A stretch of DNA of 62,936 bases, the filler included, from Pirum gemmata (Eukaryota): NCBI GenBank assembly GCA_002812295.1. It is 14 parts of 14 records of this genome, joined end to end, with 100 filler letters (N's around TTAATTAATTAA, not from the genome) between each part and the next. Parts side by side here need not be neighbours in the genome. Positions count along the whole stretch, not along the records: positions 1 to 4,374 come from PDIN01001180.1; positions 4,475 to 8,920 come from PDIN01001181.1; positions 9,021 to 13,448 come from PDIN01001182.1; 11 more parts are not named here. One strand, written 5' to 3'. A program made the position numbers and the translations under genes. A model generated the notes under the pieces. It saw only the letters and a program-made list of their open reading frames with translations. It did not search any database and was not told where the DNA came from. Positions 1 to 13,036 of the stretch are shown piece after piece. Position 1 is the first letter of the stretch; each line of letters opens with the position of its first letter.

Positions 1-456
1 AAAAAACTATTATTAATAATACTGATCATGATGATTGCTTACGCCATACCTCTTACGATCAGCTGCTTATGATACGATATATGATATATCCATGTAGCCT
101 AGCTAGCTCCTATTTAATTATACGTATATCATAGAAAATAATAAAAAGAAATGATATTATAAGAAAATATGTATGAAAAAATAGAAAGACAAATTGAGTA
201 TTTACGACGTGAAAACGCTAATTATAAATTATATTAGAATCAGATATTGCCAGTTTAACTTTCGCCGCCAGCAGATAGTTTACCACGTCTGCCGGTATCC
301 AAGTCAGATAAGACAGCAGTTTATTATTAATATTAATACAAGTACATGGTACAGTAGCAAAATCGTTTTAATTTAGAAGATGATGGTACTCACAGTTGTA
401 CTCACGCCCCAAGTATAATTACGGCATACCATCATAGTACAATTTTTAAGGTAAAT

Positions 457-1416
457 TTATTGCTGTATTGTTTTATATTGTTGTATTGTTTTATATTGTT
501 GTATTAATATTAATATTGTTGTATTAATATTGTATTGTTTTATATTGTTGTGTTGTTGTATTGTTGTATTACTGTATTGTTTTATATTGTTGTGTTGTTG
601 TATTGTTGTATTACTGTATTGTTGTATTGTTGTATTAATATTGTTGTATTGTTGTATTGTTGCAAATTGTATTGTTCTAATATTGCTGTATTGTTGTATT
701 GTTGTATATTGTAGTATTGTACATGTATTGTATTGTAAGTTATATTGTTGTATTGTTGTATTGTTGTATATTAATATTGTAGTATAATATTAATTAATAT
801 TAATGTATATGCATTACATTGTACTGTTAATTAAAACGTTGTATTGTTGTATATTGCATTGTATTGTTGTAGTGTTGTACGATGTTGTACGTATTGGTAC
901 TGTTTTATATTATTGTACTGTTTTATATAATATATTGTTGTATTGTTGTATTGTTTTATGTTGTTGTATTGTTGTATTGTTTTATATTGTTGTATTGTTG
1001 TATTGTTTTATGTTGTTGTATTGTTGTATTATTTTATATTGTTGTATTGTTGTATTGTTGTATATTAATATTGTAGTATTAATTAATAATATTGTACATG
1101 CATTATTAATACATTGTACTGTTAAAACGTTGTATTGTTGTATATTGCATTGTATTGTTGTAGTGTTGTACGATGTTGTACGTATTGGTACTGTTTTATA
1201 TTATTGTACTGTTTTATATTGTTGTATTGTTGTATTGTTTTATATTGTTGTATTGTTGTATTGTTTTATATTGTTGTATTGTTGTATTGTTGTATTGTTG
1301 TATTGTTGTATTGTAGTATTTTTGTATTGTTATATTGTTGTAATATTGTTGTATATTGTAGTATTGTATTGCATTGTAAGTTATATTGTTGTATTGTTGT
1401 GCATTGTAGTATTGTA
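457..1416. repeat. Low-complexity (TATTG/TTG)n tract with internal ~100-bp duplication
   Basis: TTGTATTG-type units; ~820-925 recurs at ~1110-1215. Confidence 0.9.
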
Positions 1417-1589
1417 GCCTGTTTTCTCATGTTTTGCCGTTTCCTTTCTGGAAACTCTCGTACTGTTATTATAAGTCAGGCCCGCCGCCCACGCCGCAAT
1501 TTTTATCCGAAAAAAAGTTTACAAACGGCCTTTGTTTGGTTAGGCACTCAACAGTGATGCCGACCTGTCTATTTTAATTAATAGAGTAG

Positions 1590-1653
<64 letters not shown>

Positions 1654-4374
1654 ATATAATTTAAAACATATAGTTAGACAACTATAACGTTTTATACTGT
1701 TGTGACGATAAGACCATAAACTAATATTATTATTTTAATGGCAAAAATTTCGTAAGACTGGGCTGCCGCTGAGCCTGGGCAATGGACACCAGGACACTCG
1801 TGGTGAGCCTTTGGCAAAAAATACGCATCACTCCCTTTTCTCCAGGCCCTTCTTACTTGAAGTTCTTAGTGATAAGTTATAACTATACTATCAAAATTAT
1901 TTTTTTAAATGATACCTCTAGCTAGCTAGCTAGTAGCTAGCTAGCTTATAGTAGTTAGTCTACTAAGTATGATAGTAGTCTATTGTGCTTTTCATTTATT
2001 TTGTCACTCCGAATATTTATTTGGTTGCTTATAATATTGTGACATATCACAATGATAGTAGTATCATAGTAGACCTCTAGTAGCTATCATAGCTAGACTA
2101 TGATAACTCTATGATAGTAGTCTAGCTAGTAGACTAACTAGACTAGTCTACTAGTAGGGAGCATTCATTTTAGACTAATAACAACGTCAATTTTTTTTGA
2201 AAATAATCTTTAATCTGGTACTGTTTTAAAAGTGTATGTATATAAAATTTTAAACTTGTTTATGAAATACAAGCATTAATAAGTATAAAATATCAAATTA
2301 ATTAATTAAAACATGTCTGATAGTTTAACCATAATAATAATTTGGTACGTTTATTTCAGTTTTTGAACTGGACAACAATATCACAACACTATGATATTAA
2401 AAAACACACCAGCTGAGGACTTCAAGCCCTTCTTATTATAATAATATTATGATATATCATAATTATTATATCATACCGGTAATAACGGTAATAATCTATC
2501 TATAATATTATAGTCAAATCTGGAAAGTAAAATACCGGTATTATAATAAACTAGTAAATTATATCATAGTTTAAAAAAAAATTATCGTGAAAAAAGGATG
2601 TGAGTCATGTGACCAATTATAACCAAGGATTGATCGTGTTGGGCTGCTTTTAGCTTAGGCTATGCATACCAACTTTGGCTACCAGATAGTCTATAGAAGA
2701 CTAGAACTCAGATCGTCTATGAAATAAAAGACGAAATAGCTAGTACGAAATAGATATTGTAGCTAGAATATATACATATATAGTCTATATAGTACTAAAT
2801 ATGTAGTATATAGTCTATATATAGACTAGCTAGCTACTAGATCTAGACTACCAAATGACCGCAGAGTAAGTATCCTCAGCAAAACGATGATTTTTTTTTT
2901 TGTACCGCCTAGCGCCTACAGACTCAATCTTTAATTTGGTACTGTTTAAGTTTATAATTGAACTTGTTTATAAAATACAACATTAAGTATAAAATACCAA
3001 ATTAATTAAAACATGTCTGATAGTTTAACCATAATAATAATTTGGTATGTTAGCCAAATTATTATTATGGTTAATTAAACTATGAGACATGTTTTAATTA
3101 ATTTGGTATTTTATGCTTTTTAAAATGTTGTATTTTTTAAAAAAAAACAAGTATGGGTCTTTTCTAGCTACTAGACTAGCTAGCTAGTCAAACTGAAAGA
3201 CCAACTTTTTAGTCTTGCTATGAAAAGATAAATCCTTTTTTGCTAGACCTTTTTTAGTATAAATTTTTTTTTTTTTAATTTTTTTATAGGTCGGTTCGTT
3301 CTCTGGCCCAGACTTTATTAATCAGTAGTTCGAAAATTTTAATTATATTTCAAAATGGTAACTATTTCGGAACACATTCTACCCATATGCTAGTTAAAAA
3401 AAAAGTTGAAGGACAAAATTTCAGTTAGATTTAATTAAAGAATCACCTTCATAGCATTAACACAGCCCATTCTATGATTGTTTGAATATTTGCATATTAT
3501 CCCGAGGGATTGTTTTTTTCTATAATTAATTTTTCATCTGGGACCCAAAAAACTCAATCTGGATTTTTGGGGATTTTGGGAAAAAAATTAAATAGTAGTC
3601 TAAAATAGTCTAANNNNNNNNNNNNNNNNNNNNNNNNNNNNNNNNNNNNNNNNNNNNNNNNNNNNNNNNNNNNNNNNNNNNNNNNNNNNNNNNNNNNNNN
3701 NNNNNTTTTTTATTTTTTTTTTTTTTTTTTTCGAATTTTATAATTGGTAATTTATTTCGATTTTTTTTTTTTGAATGAACCAATAATTACGTCATTTTGG
3801 GCAATAATCTACAGACTATTACTAATATAACTTTCTGCTGTATGATGTCACTATTTTTCTCCTCTCCCAAAAAAAAATATTTTTTTTTATGCATTTTGAT
3901 TGAGCAAAATTTTATTTAACCAATTAAAAAAAAGAACCCTTGGCTAACATTGTTTTAGTGTTTACTTAGTGAGGGTGGACAAAGAAAAACTGTAACTTCG
4001 AGCTTTTCACTTTTTAAACACTTATATTTGTATTAATTGAATTCTACCCCCCTAATATTATTGGTGGAAATTCATTTATATACCATAAGCTTTAATTTGA
4101 TACCAAAATTTTACCCATTGACCCACTACCCCGTGAGAAACGGGGTTTCAAGAATTTCCCAATTATTCTAGTGTTGATTTTGGCCCGACCTTTAAATAGA
4201 TTTGAAATATTCGAATATATTATATAAAAAAATGTGGGAATTTTTTTTAAAAAAAAAACTAGTATGATAATTAGCATAGTATTAGCATAGACTAATATAG
4301 GAGGGATGCCATGACGTCATAATACTAATACCAACCTAGGGTACGGCAAAAATTGAAAATTTGACTTAAATTAC

Positions 4375-4474
4375 NNNNNNNNNNNNNNNNNNNNNNNNNN
4401 NNNNNNNNNNNNNNNNNNTTAATTAATTAANNNNNNNNNNNNNNNNNNNNNNNNNNNNNNNNNNNNNNNNNNNN
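4375..4474. other. Artificial scaffold-joining linker (first of 13)
   Basis: Identical 100-bp N44-TTAATTAATTAA-N44 blocks (stops in all six frames) at 4375, 8921, 13449, 17937, 22408, 26913, 31404, 35920, 40487, 44985, 49447, 53958 and 58426. The pieces between them are all about 4.36-4.47 kb. Confidence 0.97.
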
Positions 4475-5096
4475 TAGGGTTAGGGTTAGGGTTAGAGTTA
4501 GGGGTAGGGTTAGGGCAGTGTTAGGGCTAAGGGTTAGAGAGGGTTAGAAGGAAATTCCTGACGAAATCTTAAATTGTTCCAATTTAATAAAAAGTACTAT
4601 CAAAAGTTTAGAAATCTTCTAACTAAAAAAACTTTATTATGCACCAATGGTAACTTTTTAATAATAATTGGGCTAGTTGTTTTAGAAAATTTCTAAAAAA
4701 AAAAAATGATTTATGTAGTTTTTTTTACGTGGCAGTGGTGTTAAAAATTTTTTTATTTCAAAATAGACGAATGATGTTCATTGTAAGGGTGTCATATTTT
4801 TATTTTATTTTTTTTAATTACCAAGCCGGATAAAGCTCAAAAATCCAAAAACTCTCAAAATGCTTCAATTTTAAATATAAGTACTACCAAATAATAATAA
4901 ATAATATAACTAAAAAAACTCTATTATGAACCAATAATGAGATTTTAAAAATAATTTGGCTAGTTATAATTAAAAGTTTTTAGAAAAGAAGTCTAAAAAA
5001 AAAATGATTTCTACAGTTTTATCCGGCTTGTCTAAAAAAGAAAAAAAAAGCGAAAACCAAACATACTGATTGGTTAGATTACTAGCTAGGTCTACA

Positions 5097-5131
<35 letters not shown>

Positions 5132-6089
5132 AAAGAACAGTGGCTACGTCACTAAATTATGTAATTGTCCCCTTTCAGTTTCTATTTTTTGTTATTTTTC
5201 ATATTGATTTTACATACATCAAATAGTCAAAAAAATTGAGAGGACCATAAATATCATAAGTAGTGGTATTGTAAATCAGGCTAAATTAGGTAAAAAGTTT
5301 AATTTTTTTAGCCAATGAAAGATAACTTGAGGATCGACTCGATAATATTACATTTTTTTAAAAAAATATATATTTAAAAAAACAGTGAACATGGTTCGAA
5401 TTTCGAACCTTAACCCATATTAGCTATTATTTTTTGCCATTTCGGGAATTTTGGAATCTGTTTTTTTTTTTTTTTTTAAAAAAAATACTTCACGTCAGGG
5501 ATAGGTAGGTAGACTGTAGGTAGGTGGTATTTAACCGGAATTTAACGTCGAGGGGTAGATAGGTAGGGTATTTGAAGCTGTATTTAAACGCTCTCTTATT
5601 TTACTTTATTTTAGCTTTATTTAACTTTTTCGAACTGTCTGATCTTATTGCATAAGCCAATTACAAACTTGTAAATTATTCGTAATACTTGTGTAAGAAG
5701 TTTGACTGGATGGTTAGTGGAAGACCCAGTTTTATTTTTTGAAAAAACGAAAAAAATGCAGAAAATTATGCACAATATCGAAAAAGCTCGAGCTTAAGTA
5801 ATTAATAATAAACATTTTGTTTGAATTGAATTATTTTCGAGCTAAACGCATTTTGTAAAAAATAGTGATTTTACTTTGATTTTCGAACCGATTTTTTATT
5901 GTTATTATTTACTAAATAATCATTTTTTTGAATAATTTTTCGTTCTGTTATTAGTCCAAATAATGTTTGTTTTCAGTTTTGATAATTCTAGTTTTCCTAT
6001 TATACCACAGTGCTTTTCATTTTTAATTAATTAAAAGCATTATAATAAAACAAAATTCTGTTTTTCATTTATTTTGTCGCTTAGATTGT

Positions 6090-6150
6090 TTAGGGTTAGG
6101 GTTAGGGTTAGGGTTAGGGTTAGGGTTAGGGTTAGGGTTAGGGTTAGGGT
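6090..6150 (+). repeat. Interstitial (TTAGGG)10
   Basis: Perfect array with non-telomeric DNA on both sides. Confidence 0.95.
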
Positions 6151-6768
6151 ATAATGACAAAAATAACTGAAAAAATATTTTTAAATTTTATTATACTAGC
6201 TACTGGTTGTTGCTGTTGTTGTAGTCTAGTAGCTAGTTGTAGTAGTAGTATTATTGATAGTTGTTGCTGTTTTGGTTAATAGTAATATATAGAAATATAT
6301 AACAGTAGTGATAATTATTATAGTAGTACTAGTTGTTGTTGATTCTTATTATTATTATTATTATTATTATGAAAACGTTGTATTAATAGTTTCTTTGGAA
6401 CGATTATTATGATATTGGCCATGGTGATAAATATAATTAATGCTTCTATTGTTGTTCTTGTTGTAATTACCTATTAAAATATACGTATTAATAAACGTTT
6501 TTAAATTTATAACATTGTTAACGTTATAATATCCTAACCCTATATTATTCTTGTTAATTAAAACATTAATTGTATTATTAATAAATGGTGTTGTGGAGGT
6601 TGTAGCTATGTGGTTAGTGTATAATAAAGTTTTTTATATAAATTGCTTGTAAGAAGGTTTATTTTTATTTTCAACTTTTCAATGTGACCTCTCCAATTTC
6701 AATTTCTAGAATCTAGTATTAATAGTAGATATTAATATTAATACTTTAAAATTTCATCTGTTTCTTTG

Positions 6769-6915
6769 CCTAACCCTAACCCTAACCCTAACCCTAATTT
6801 TTATAACCCTAACCCTAACCCTAACCCTAACCCTAACCCCAACCCTAACCCTAACCCTAACCCTAACCAACCCTAACCTAGCCCTAAAAGTACCTAAACC
6901 TAAACCTAACCCAAA
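6769..6915 (-). repeat. Interstitial (CCCTAA)n
   Basis: Partly degenerate array inside the scaffold. Confidence 0.9.
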
Positions 6916-7363
6916 CATTAATATTAACCATATATTAATTAAATAATTAATCACGAGAACTACTAATGTAGTATATTTTATTGTGTTTTTCAATTATGGC
7001 TAAACCTAATATTAGCCATGTTTTAATTAATTTGGTGTGTTTTAATTAATTTGGTATGTTTTAATTAATTTGGTATGTTTTATTATATATTTATATGTTA
7101 AGAAGTATCCATTTAAATATTATAAACAGCCAAATAAATATTCGAAGTGATAAAATAAATGAAAAGCTCGAGTTCGGAAAAAATTAAATATGATAGACGT
7201 TCAAATAATACGTCACGTCAATGGGTGGGTAGGTAGGTGGTATTTGACCGGAAAAAAACGTCAAGGGGTAGATAGGTAGGGGTATTTGAATGCCCCCCCC
7301 TTAGACTATTCGAAAATGTTTTTTTAGTTATTTATTTATAATGTAACAGCCTTAATATTATTA

Positions 7364-7552
7364 TAGTGCCTTTCAGTAGTTTTGTCATCGTAAAATATAT
7401 AATAAATGGTACCAAATTACTACAATATAAACACATTTGATTTAATTTGGTATGTTTTATTATATACGTATTGATTTAAAAATGCCAATTTAAAAATTAT
7501 AACCCTCCAAATAAATATTAAGAGTGATAAACTAAATAAATGAAAAGCACGA
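7364..7552 (-). mobile_element. MITE family B (~160-190 bp, TA TSD), full copy
   Basis: TA|TAGTGCCTTTCA...TGAAAAGCACGA|TA. Also 19545-19699 (TA-flanked), ~33049-33222, 38508-38622, 47853-48037, 52505-52672, 24768-24834, 1984-2040 and 59790-59890. Confidence 0.82.
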
Positions 7553-8147
7553 TATAATATTATTAATAAAATATAAAATAATAAAACTATCAAACATGTC
7601 AATAATGCCACATGTTGTAAATTTTAATCAATTCTATAAACAACTCCAGTTATTCACTTTTAACTTAAACACTACCAAATTAAAGATCGAGTGGAAATAA
7701 ATATTGACCAAAAGCGACGAGAGGTAATAAATATTATTAATACCTATTATTAGCTCAGAGATACTTAGAGATATTAAGATAAGACTAATACAATAAGCAA
7801 AGCAACTTTTGATTACTTGTGCAAATGATGAGAATGCTAGCTAGCTGATACAGGCAGAGTATTAATACTTTTAGAGATAGAGTTATTACTATACTAGACT
7901 TGGTGATGCAGCTGGTATTAATGTTAGAAAGAGAGCGTGCAAATACTAAATAACACTTAGTAACGCCAATTTCCCGTCAAATACAGCTTCAAATACCCCC
8001 TACCTACCTGCCCCTCAACGTTAATTTCCGGTCACATTTCAGCTACCTACCTCCCCCTTGACGTGACGTATTAATGTTACCCAAACCATGTAAGACTAGG
8101 CGGTAAAGTGTTCATCAAAACCCTGCTAATAACCCTATTAGTAACAA

Positions 8148-8420
8148 TAGGGTTAGGGTTAGGGTTAGGGTTAGGGTTAGGGTTAGGGTTAGGGTTAGGG
8201 TTAGGGTTAGGGTTTAGGTTTAGGGTTAGGGTTAGNNNNNNNNNNNNNNNNNNNNNNNNNNNNNNNNNNNNNNNNNNNNNNNNNNNNNNAGGGTTAGGGT
8301 TAGGGTTAGAGTTAGGGTTAGGGTTAGGGTTAGGGTTAGGGTTATGGTTAGGGTTAGGGTTAGGGTTAGGGTTATGGTTAGGGTTAGGGTTGGGGTTAGG
8401 TTTGGTTTGGTGGGGTTGGG
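8148..8420 (+). repeat. Interstitial (TTAGGG)n spanning an N gap
   Basis: Direct reading. Further arrays at 4475-4547, 15767-15854 (with TTAGGA variants), 45290-45348, 45468-45604 and 57355-57435. Confidence 0.92.
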
Positions 8421-9052
8421 ATTATCGGAAATAGGGAGCACTAGAAATATATTATTTATAAATTTATTTTTTATAAATACATTTTTGAATATGATTAAAT
8501 AGTAACCCGACTAAAGCCATCCAACTAAAGGTATAGAAAAAAAAAAAAATTCTTTTTTCTCAATATAGAATCTAATAAATTCTACCCATACTAATTATTA
8601 AAATTTATAATATGGGCTTTCTTTTTCGAAATTCTTTTTTTTTCGATTTTTTTTTTCTTTCAAAAAACAACCCCAAAAGGTTACTTTATAGTTGGTTGTT
8701 TTTAGAGACTGTATTCAATGATCTATCATATACCATGGCATGGCTGTTACACTATAAATAAATAACTAAAAAAACATTTTCGAATAGTCTAACTAAGGGG
8801 GGCATTCAAATACCCCTACCTATCTACCCCTTGACATTTTTTCCCGGTCAAATAACACCTACCTACCCACCCATTGACGTGACGTATTATTTGAACGTCT
8901 ATCATATTTAATTTTTTCCGNNNNNNNNNNNNNNNNNNNNNNNNNNNNNNNNNNNNNNNNNNNNTTAATTAATTAANNNNNNNNNNNNNNNNNNNNNNNN
9001 NNNNNNNNNNNNNNNNNNNNTGCTGTTGTTGTTGTTGTTGTTGTTGTTGTTT

Positions 9053-9084
<32 letters not shown>

Positions 9085-9269
9085 GAGGAGGAGGAGGAGG
9101 AGGAGGTGGTGGTGGTGGTGGTGGTGGTGGTGGTGGTGGTGGTGGAGAGTGACGACGTTGTATTATTTTCCCTCTCTACAATTAACAAAACCCACAAGAT
9201 TTACTATTTAAGTTAGAATATGAAGTTTATTGTACGGTAAAATTACAATTAGTTATTGAATAAACCAAC

Positions 9270-9365
9270 CTTGTTTCTTGATTACTAAATTTCCCAACTG
9301 TACATTTGGAAACTTCAAAGCCTAGACGACTGCAGATCAATTGTGCAAGTCTTGGGTGTGAATTT
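9270..9365 (-). CDS. PRPS: Ribose-phosphate pyrophosphokinase, exon 2 (rest of gene beyond scaffold edge)
   Basis: CAG acceptor; NSHPRLAQLICSRLGFEVSKCTVGKFSNQET matches PRPS SHxxL...RLG...KFSNQET; GT donor. Confidence 0.92.
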
Positions 9366-9491
9366 CTGTTTATTAAAATGTAAGGAATGGATTATCAATA
9401 ATATATTAACACTACTATCATTATTATAAAATTTTTCTTTGCCATATGGTTATTGTTATTATTTGTTTATATTTATTTATTTATTATTATT

Positions 9492-9529
<38 letters not shown>

Positions 9530-9590
9530 GTCCATTGAAATTTTCCCTATTGCTGTATTCATTGTTATCAATATTATATTATACTCTTAC

Positions 9591-9682
9591 CCAGTCAATA
9601 TTTTTATCGCAGACATGTCTTCTCGGGATCGGTTGGACCTCTCTTTGATGCTCTTATCTGTAAAGTTACTAATAGTCGGCAT
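9591..9682 (-). CDS. PRPS: Ribose-phosphate pyrophosphokinase (PRPP synthetase), exon 1
   Basis: ATG at 9682 gives MPTISNFTDKSIKERSNRSREDMSAIKILT-G, then a GTAAG donor. It joins exon 2 in phase, and IKILTG matches the PRPS N-terminal IKIFSG. Confidence 0.85.
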
Positions 9683-11016
9683 ACAGAACTAAAGGGGTGT
9701 TGTTTTTAAATTTGGTTTTGGGATATATTACATATATTATATAAATATAAAACAAAAGACAAATTGTGTATGTGCGATAATAATAATAAACAAATGATAG
9801 TAAATGATAGTAAATGATATAAATGATAGTAAATGATAGTAAATAATAGTATATGACAGTAAATGATAATAATAGTAATAATAAACAATAATTAAATACA
9901 ATATTTTTTTTCTTAATATATTATGTATAACAATAATAATAATAATACTTGATAATAACATCGATGAATAAATAATAAGAGATGGGCGTACTAAAAAATG
10001 GGCCTAAGCAAATCTAAAAGCAGGCCTATTATGTAGAAAAAAAAAATAGAATGAAACTAGGAACTAACTCGTCTCTAGCTAGCTAGCTAGCTAGCTAGCC
10101 TAGGAATGAAAAGAAAATAACTGCTCTATAACTGCTGGTAGACTAGTAGACTAATAACTTTAGAAAACTACTAAGCCTCCAAATTATTTTCTTGTTTTGA
10201 ATTTTTAAATAAATTGGTTTATTTGTTACTTTTAAATTCTACCAATTTATTATTTTGGGGATCTTGAGGAAGAAAAATCGTGGAAGAAAAAAAATCCTAA
10301 AAAAACTCTAAAAAATCAATCTGAAAAATGTCTGGAAAATGAAAAAGAAAGTAAAAAGAACTGGAAAAAGCTAATGGAAAATGTGACTGACTCGTGCAAA
10401 ATTATTTACCTAAAAAACTATCTACTATCTGATACTAGCTAGCTAGTAGCTAGCTAGTCAAAAATATCTGTAAAAGTAAAAATTCAACTGTCAGAATAAA
10501 TAATTGGGAACATTCATAATATTAAACCGTTATAAAGGACGTTACTTATTCTTTGATAGAAGTCATTTCTCGAAAGTGTGACTTTTAAACTGTCTTAGGC
10601 AGTAATTAATTAATTATTAAAATGAACTTAGGTAAAATTAGGTGACGTCCGATTCCTCTGTCTGTGACTGTGAGCGCTGTCCAAAGTCTTTATCCGGGAC
10701 TCTGGTTCTGCTCTGAACTTCTGAGTCTGACTTTTAAAAGAGTCTGACTAGGGTCTACTAGCTAGCTAGCTAGACTAGAGTAGACTACTAGTAGACTAGT
10801 TATCATAGCTATGATAGTATGTCATAGCTATGATACCACTACTAGCTATGATAGAGGGTAGCCTCTGTATAACATAGTAGAGTCTCTATCGTCTATTTCA
10901 TTACAGTTGTCCTCTCAATCTTTAATTTGGTACTGTTTAAGTGTATAATTGAACATGTTTATAAAATGCAAACATTAATTATAAAATACCAAATTAATTA
11001 AAACATGTCTGATAGC

Positions 11017-11054
<38 letters not shown>

Positions 11055-11725
11055 ATTACATATTTTAATTATTTAATTAATTACTACAGAAATTGCAATT
11101 GGTTCTCTAATTGGTTGTTTGCGTGGTAATAGCAATACCTAAATATTTACACAGTATTTGTTTTTATACCAATGTATATGCATATGCATGATCAGATATT
11201 TTGAATGTTAATGAACATAAGTTTAATATAGAAAGTGTACATACTGGTATACAAATTGTGGCAGTTTCCGTATTTACATTTTCCTGATTCATGTTACCGG
11301 TATATATACGTAGTAGATTTAATATCAACATAAACTTAAGGAGTTTGGTTATCTTAAGATTACCAATTAAAATTTAACACGAATTCAAAAATTAATTCTC
11401 CAAATACTTTACAATTTCAAAAAATATTAATAATGATTGCTGAATACCACTTTTCACAAGTACAATTTTAACTACAACCTCGAACTCGATACTTTTTGGA
11501 ACCAATTATAACTCATAACTACAGATTCTGATGTTACACTACATGTACAAATTTGACCACTTTGTAAATAATGACTTTAAATTATATATCTGTAGCTACA
11601 TATTATATATATTGCATACATGTATAAGTTTACAACAACGCCAGCACCAACACCACCAACAACATCAACATCAGCACCAACAACACCAATAACATCAACA
11701 CCAACAACAACAACAATAACAACAA

Positions 11726-11773
<48 letters not shown>

Positions 11774-12977
11774 CGTTAAAGTTATGACTGACCCAAGCAC
11801 ATCCAATTACAATGACAACTGGGTAACGCAAAAACTAGCTTACCTGCAATACTCACATCCCCGCGAATTAGAGCTCTAGACATATGATTAATCGCTGTTA
11901 CACGCGGTTGTAAAAGTAGTCACAGCACTAGTGTTATAGCCAAAACTCAATTAAATTTTATTATAGAAAATTGTAAAAACCAGAGAAAACTGCAACAACC
12001 AAATTTATTATGTTTCACACGGCCCATTTTGAGTCATACCGGTTAATAAGCGACAATTATTAATTACAATTAATGTAAACGTAAATTTAATTTTAATGTA
12101 AGAACAAAATTTAAACATCTGCAGATATTATGACTGAAAGTGGTTTTATATTAACACCGCGTACGTATAATAAATTCTAAACCGAGACTTCATGCAGATG
12201 ATACATACCTCCGTGAAACCACTGCACTTGTAGTCTTGTACGCGAAATAATTTACCGTTGGCTCTTCTTGTAATTGTGTATTTATCATATAGCAGTAATA
12301 GCAGTCATATAGCTATATGATTCTACTGTGATACTGTATTCATGATATTACTAGTATATTACTAGACTATCCTATATAATCGTGTTTATATGGGATTAAC
12401 TATAGGATCTCTTTACAAATCGTATTTTTTCGGGGGGGTTTTCGTCATATTGTTTTTTCGCATATTTTCAAACGACTTTTTTTTTCGAATCAATAATAAA
12501 TGTATATATTCGATAAAGTAACTAATTTTTCTAGACCCATCGATCTTTTAGTCATCTTTATTTAAAGCTTACGTCATATTTTGGCGTCATATAATATAGT
12601 TTACTCGTGCAAAAGCAAATTTTTTTTTTTAGTTTTTCAGGAAGTCTTGAGTATTTAGGTTTTAAAATACGATAAAACAAATTTATTATTATTTATAAAT
12701 ATAAAAAAAACCAACTTTTTGTTTGTATTTTGTTATCGCTGTCTTTCATTCTTATCATTACTACAGTACAACTAATACGTTGCCATTACCATTATCATCA
12801 CCATCCAGTGTTGATATTGAGGTTTTATGAATGAAATTACTAGTTTCATTATTGTGTTAGAATAATGTACCAACCTCCCTATTCATATTCAGTATGTGCT
12901 CTTGCTTTATGATATTACGTTTATTATTTAATATGTTTTTATTATTATCATCATTATTATCATTGTTATTATTATTA

Positions 12978-13036
<59 letters not shown>

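Noticed and set aside
358..450. Possible exon QNRFNLEDDGTHSCTHAPSIITAYHHSTIFK with AG/GT ends
   Set aside because: No recognisable homology and no convincing partner exon.
530..1557. Cys/Leu/Val-rich ORFs of 64-204 aa
   Set aside because: Translations of a TATTG/TTG low-complexity tract that lacks stops.
4419..4430. Periodic TTAATTAATTAA motif as a biological repeat or nanochromosome boundary
   Set aside because: It is always centred in exactly 88 Ns, so it is an assembly linker.
8108..8441. GLGLGL / RVRVRV / PNPNPN ORFs (also 6754, 36104, 45264, 45279)
   Set aside because: Translations of telomeric hexamer arrays.
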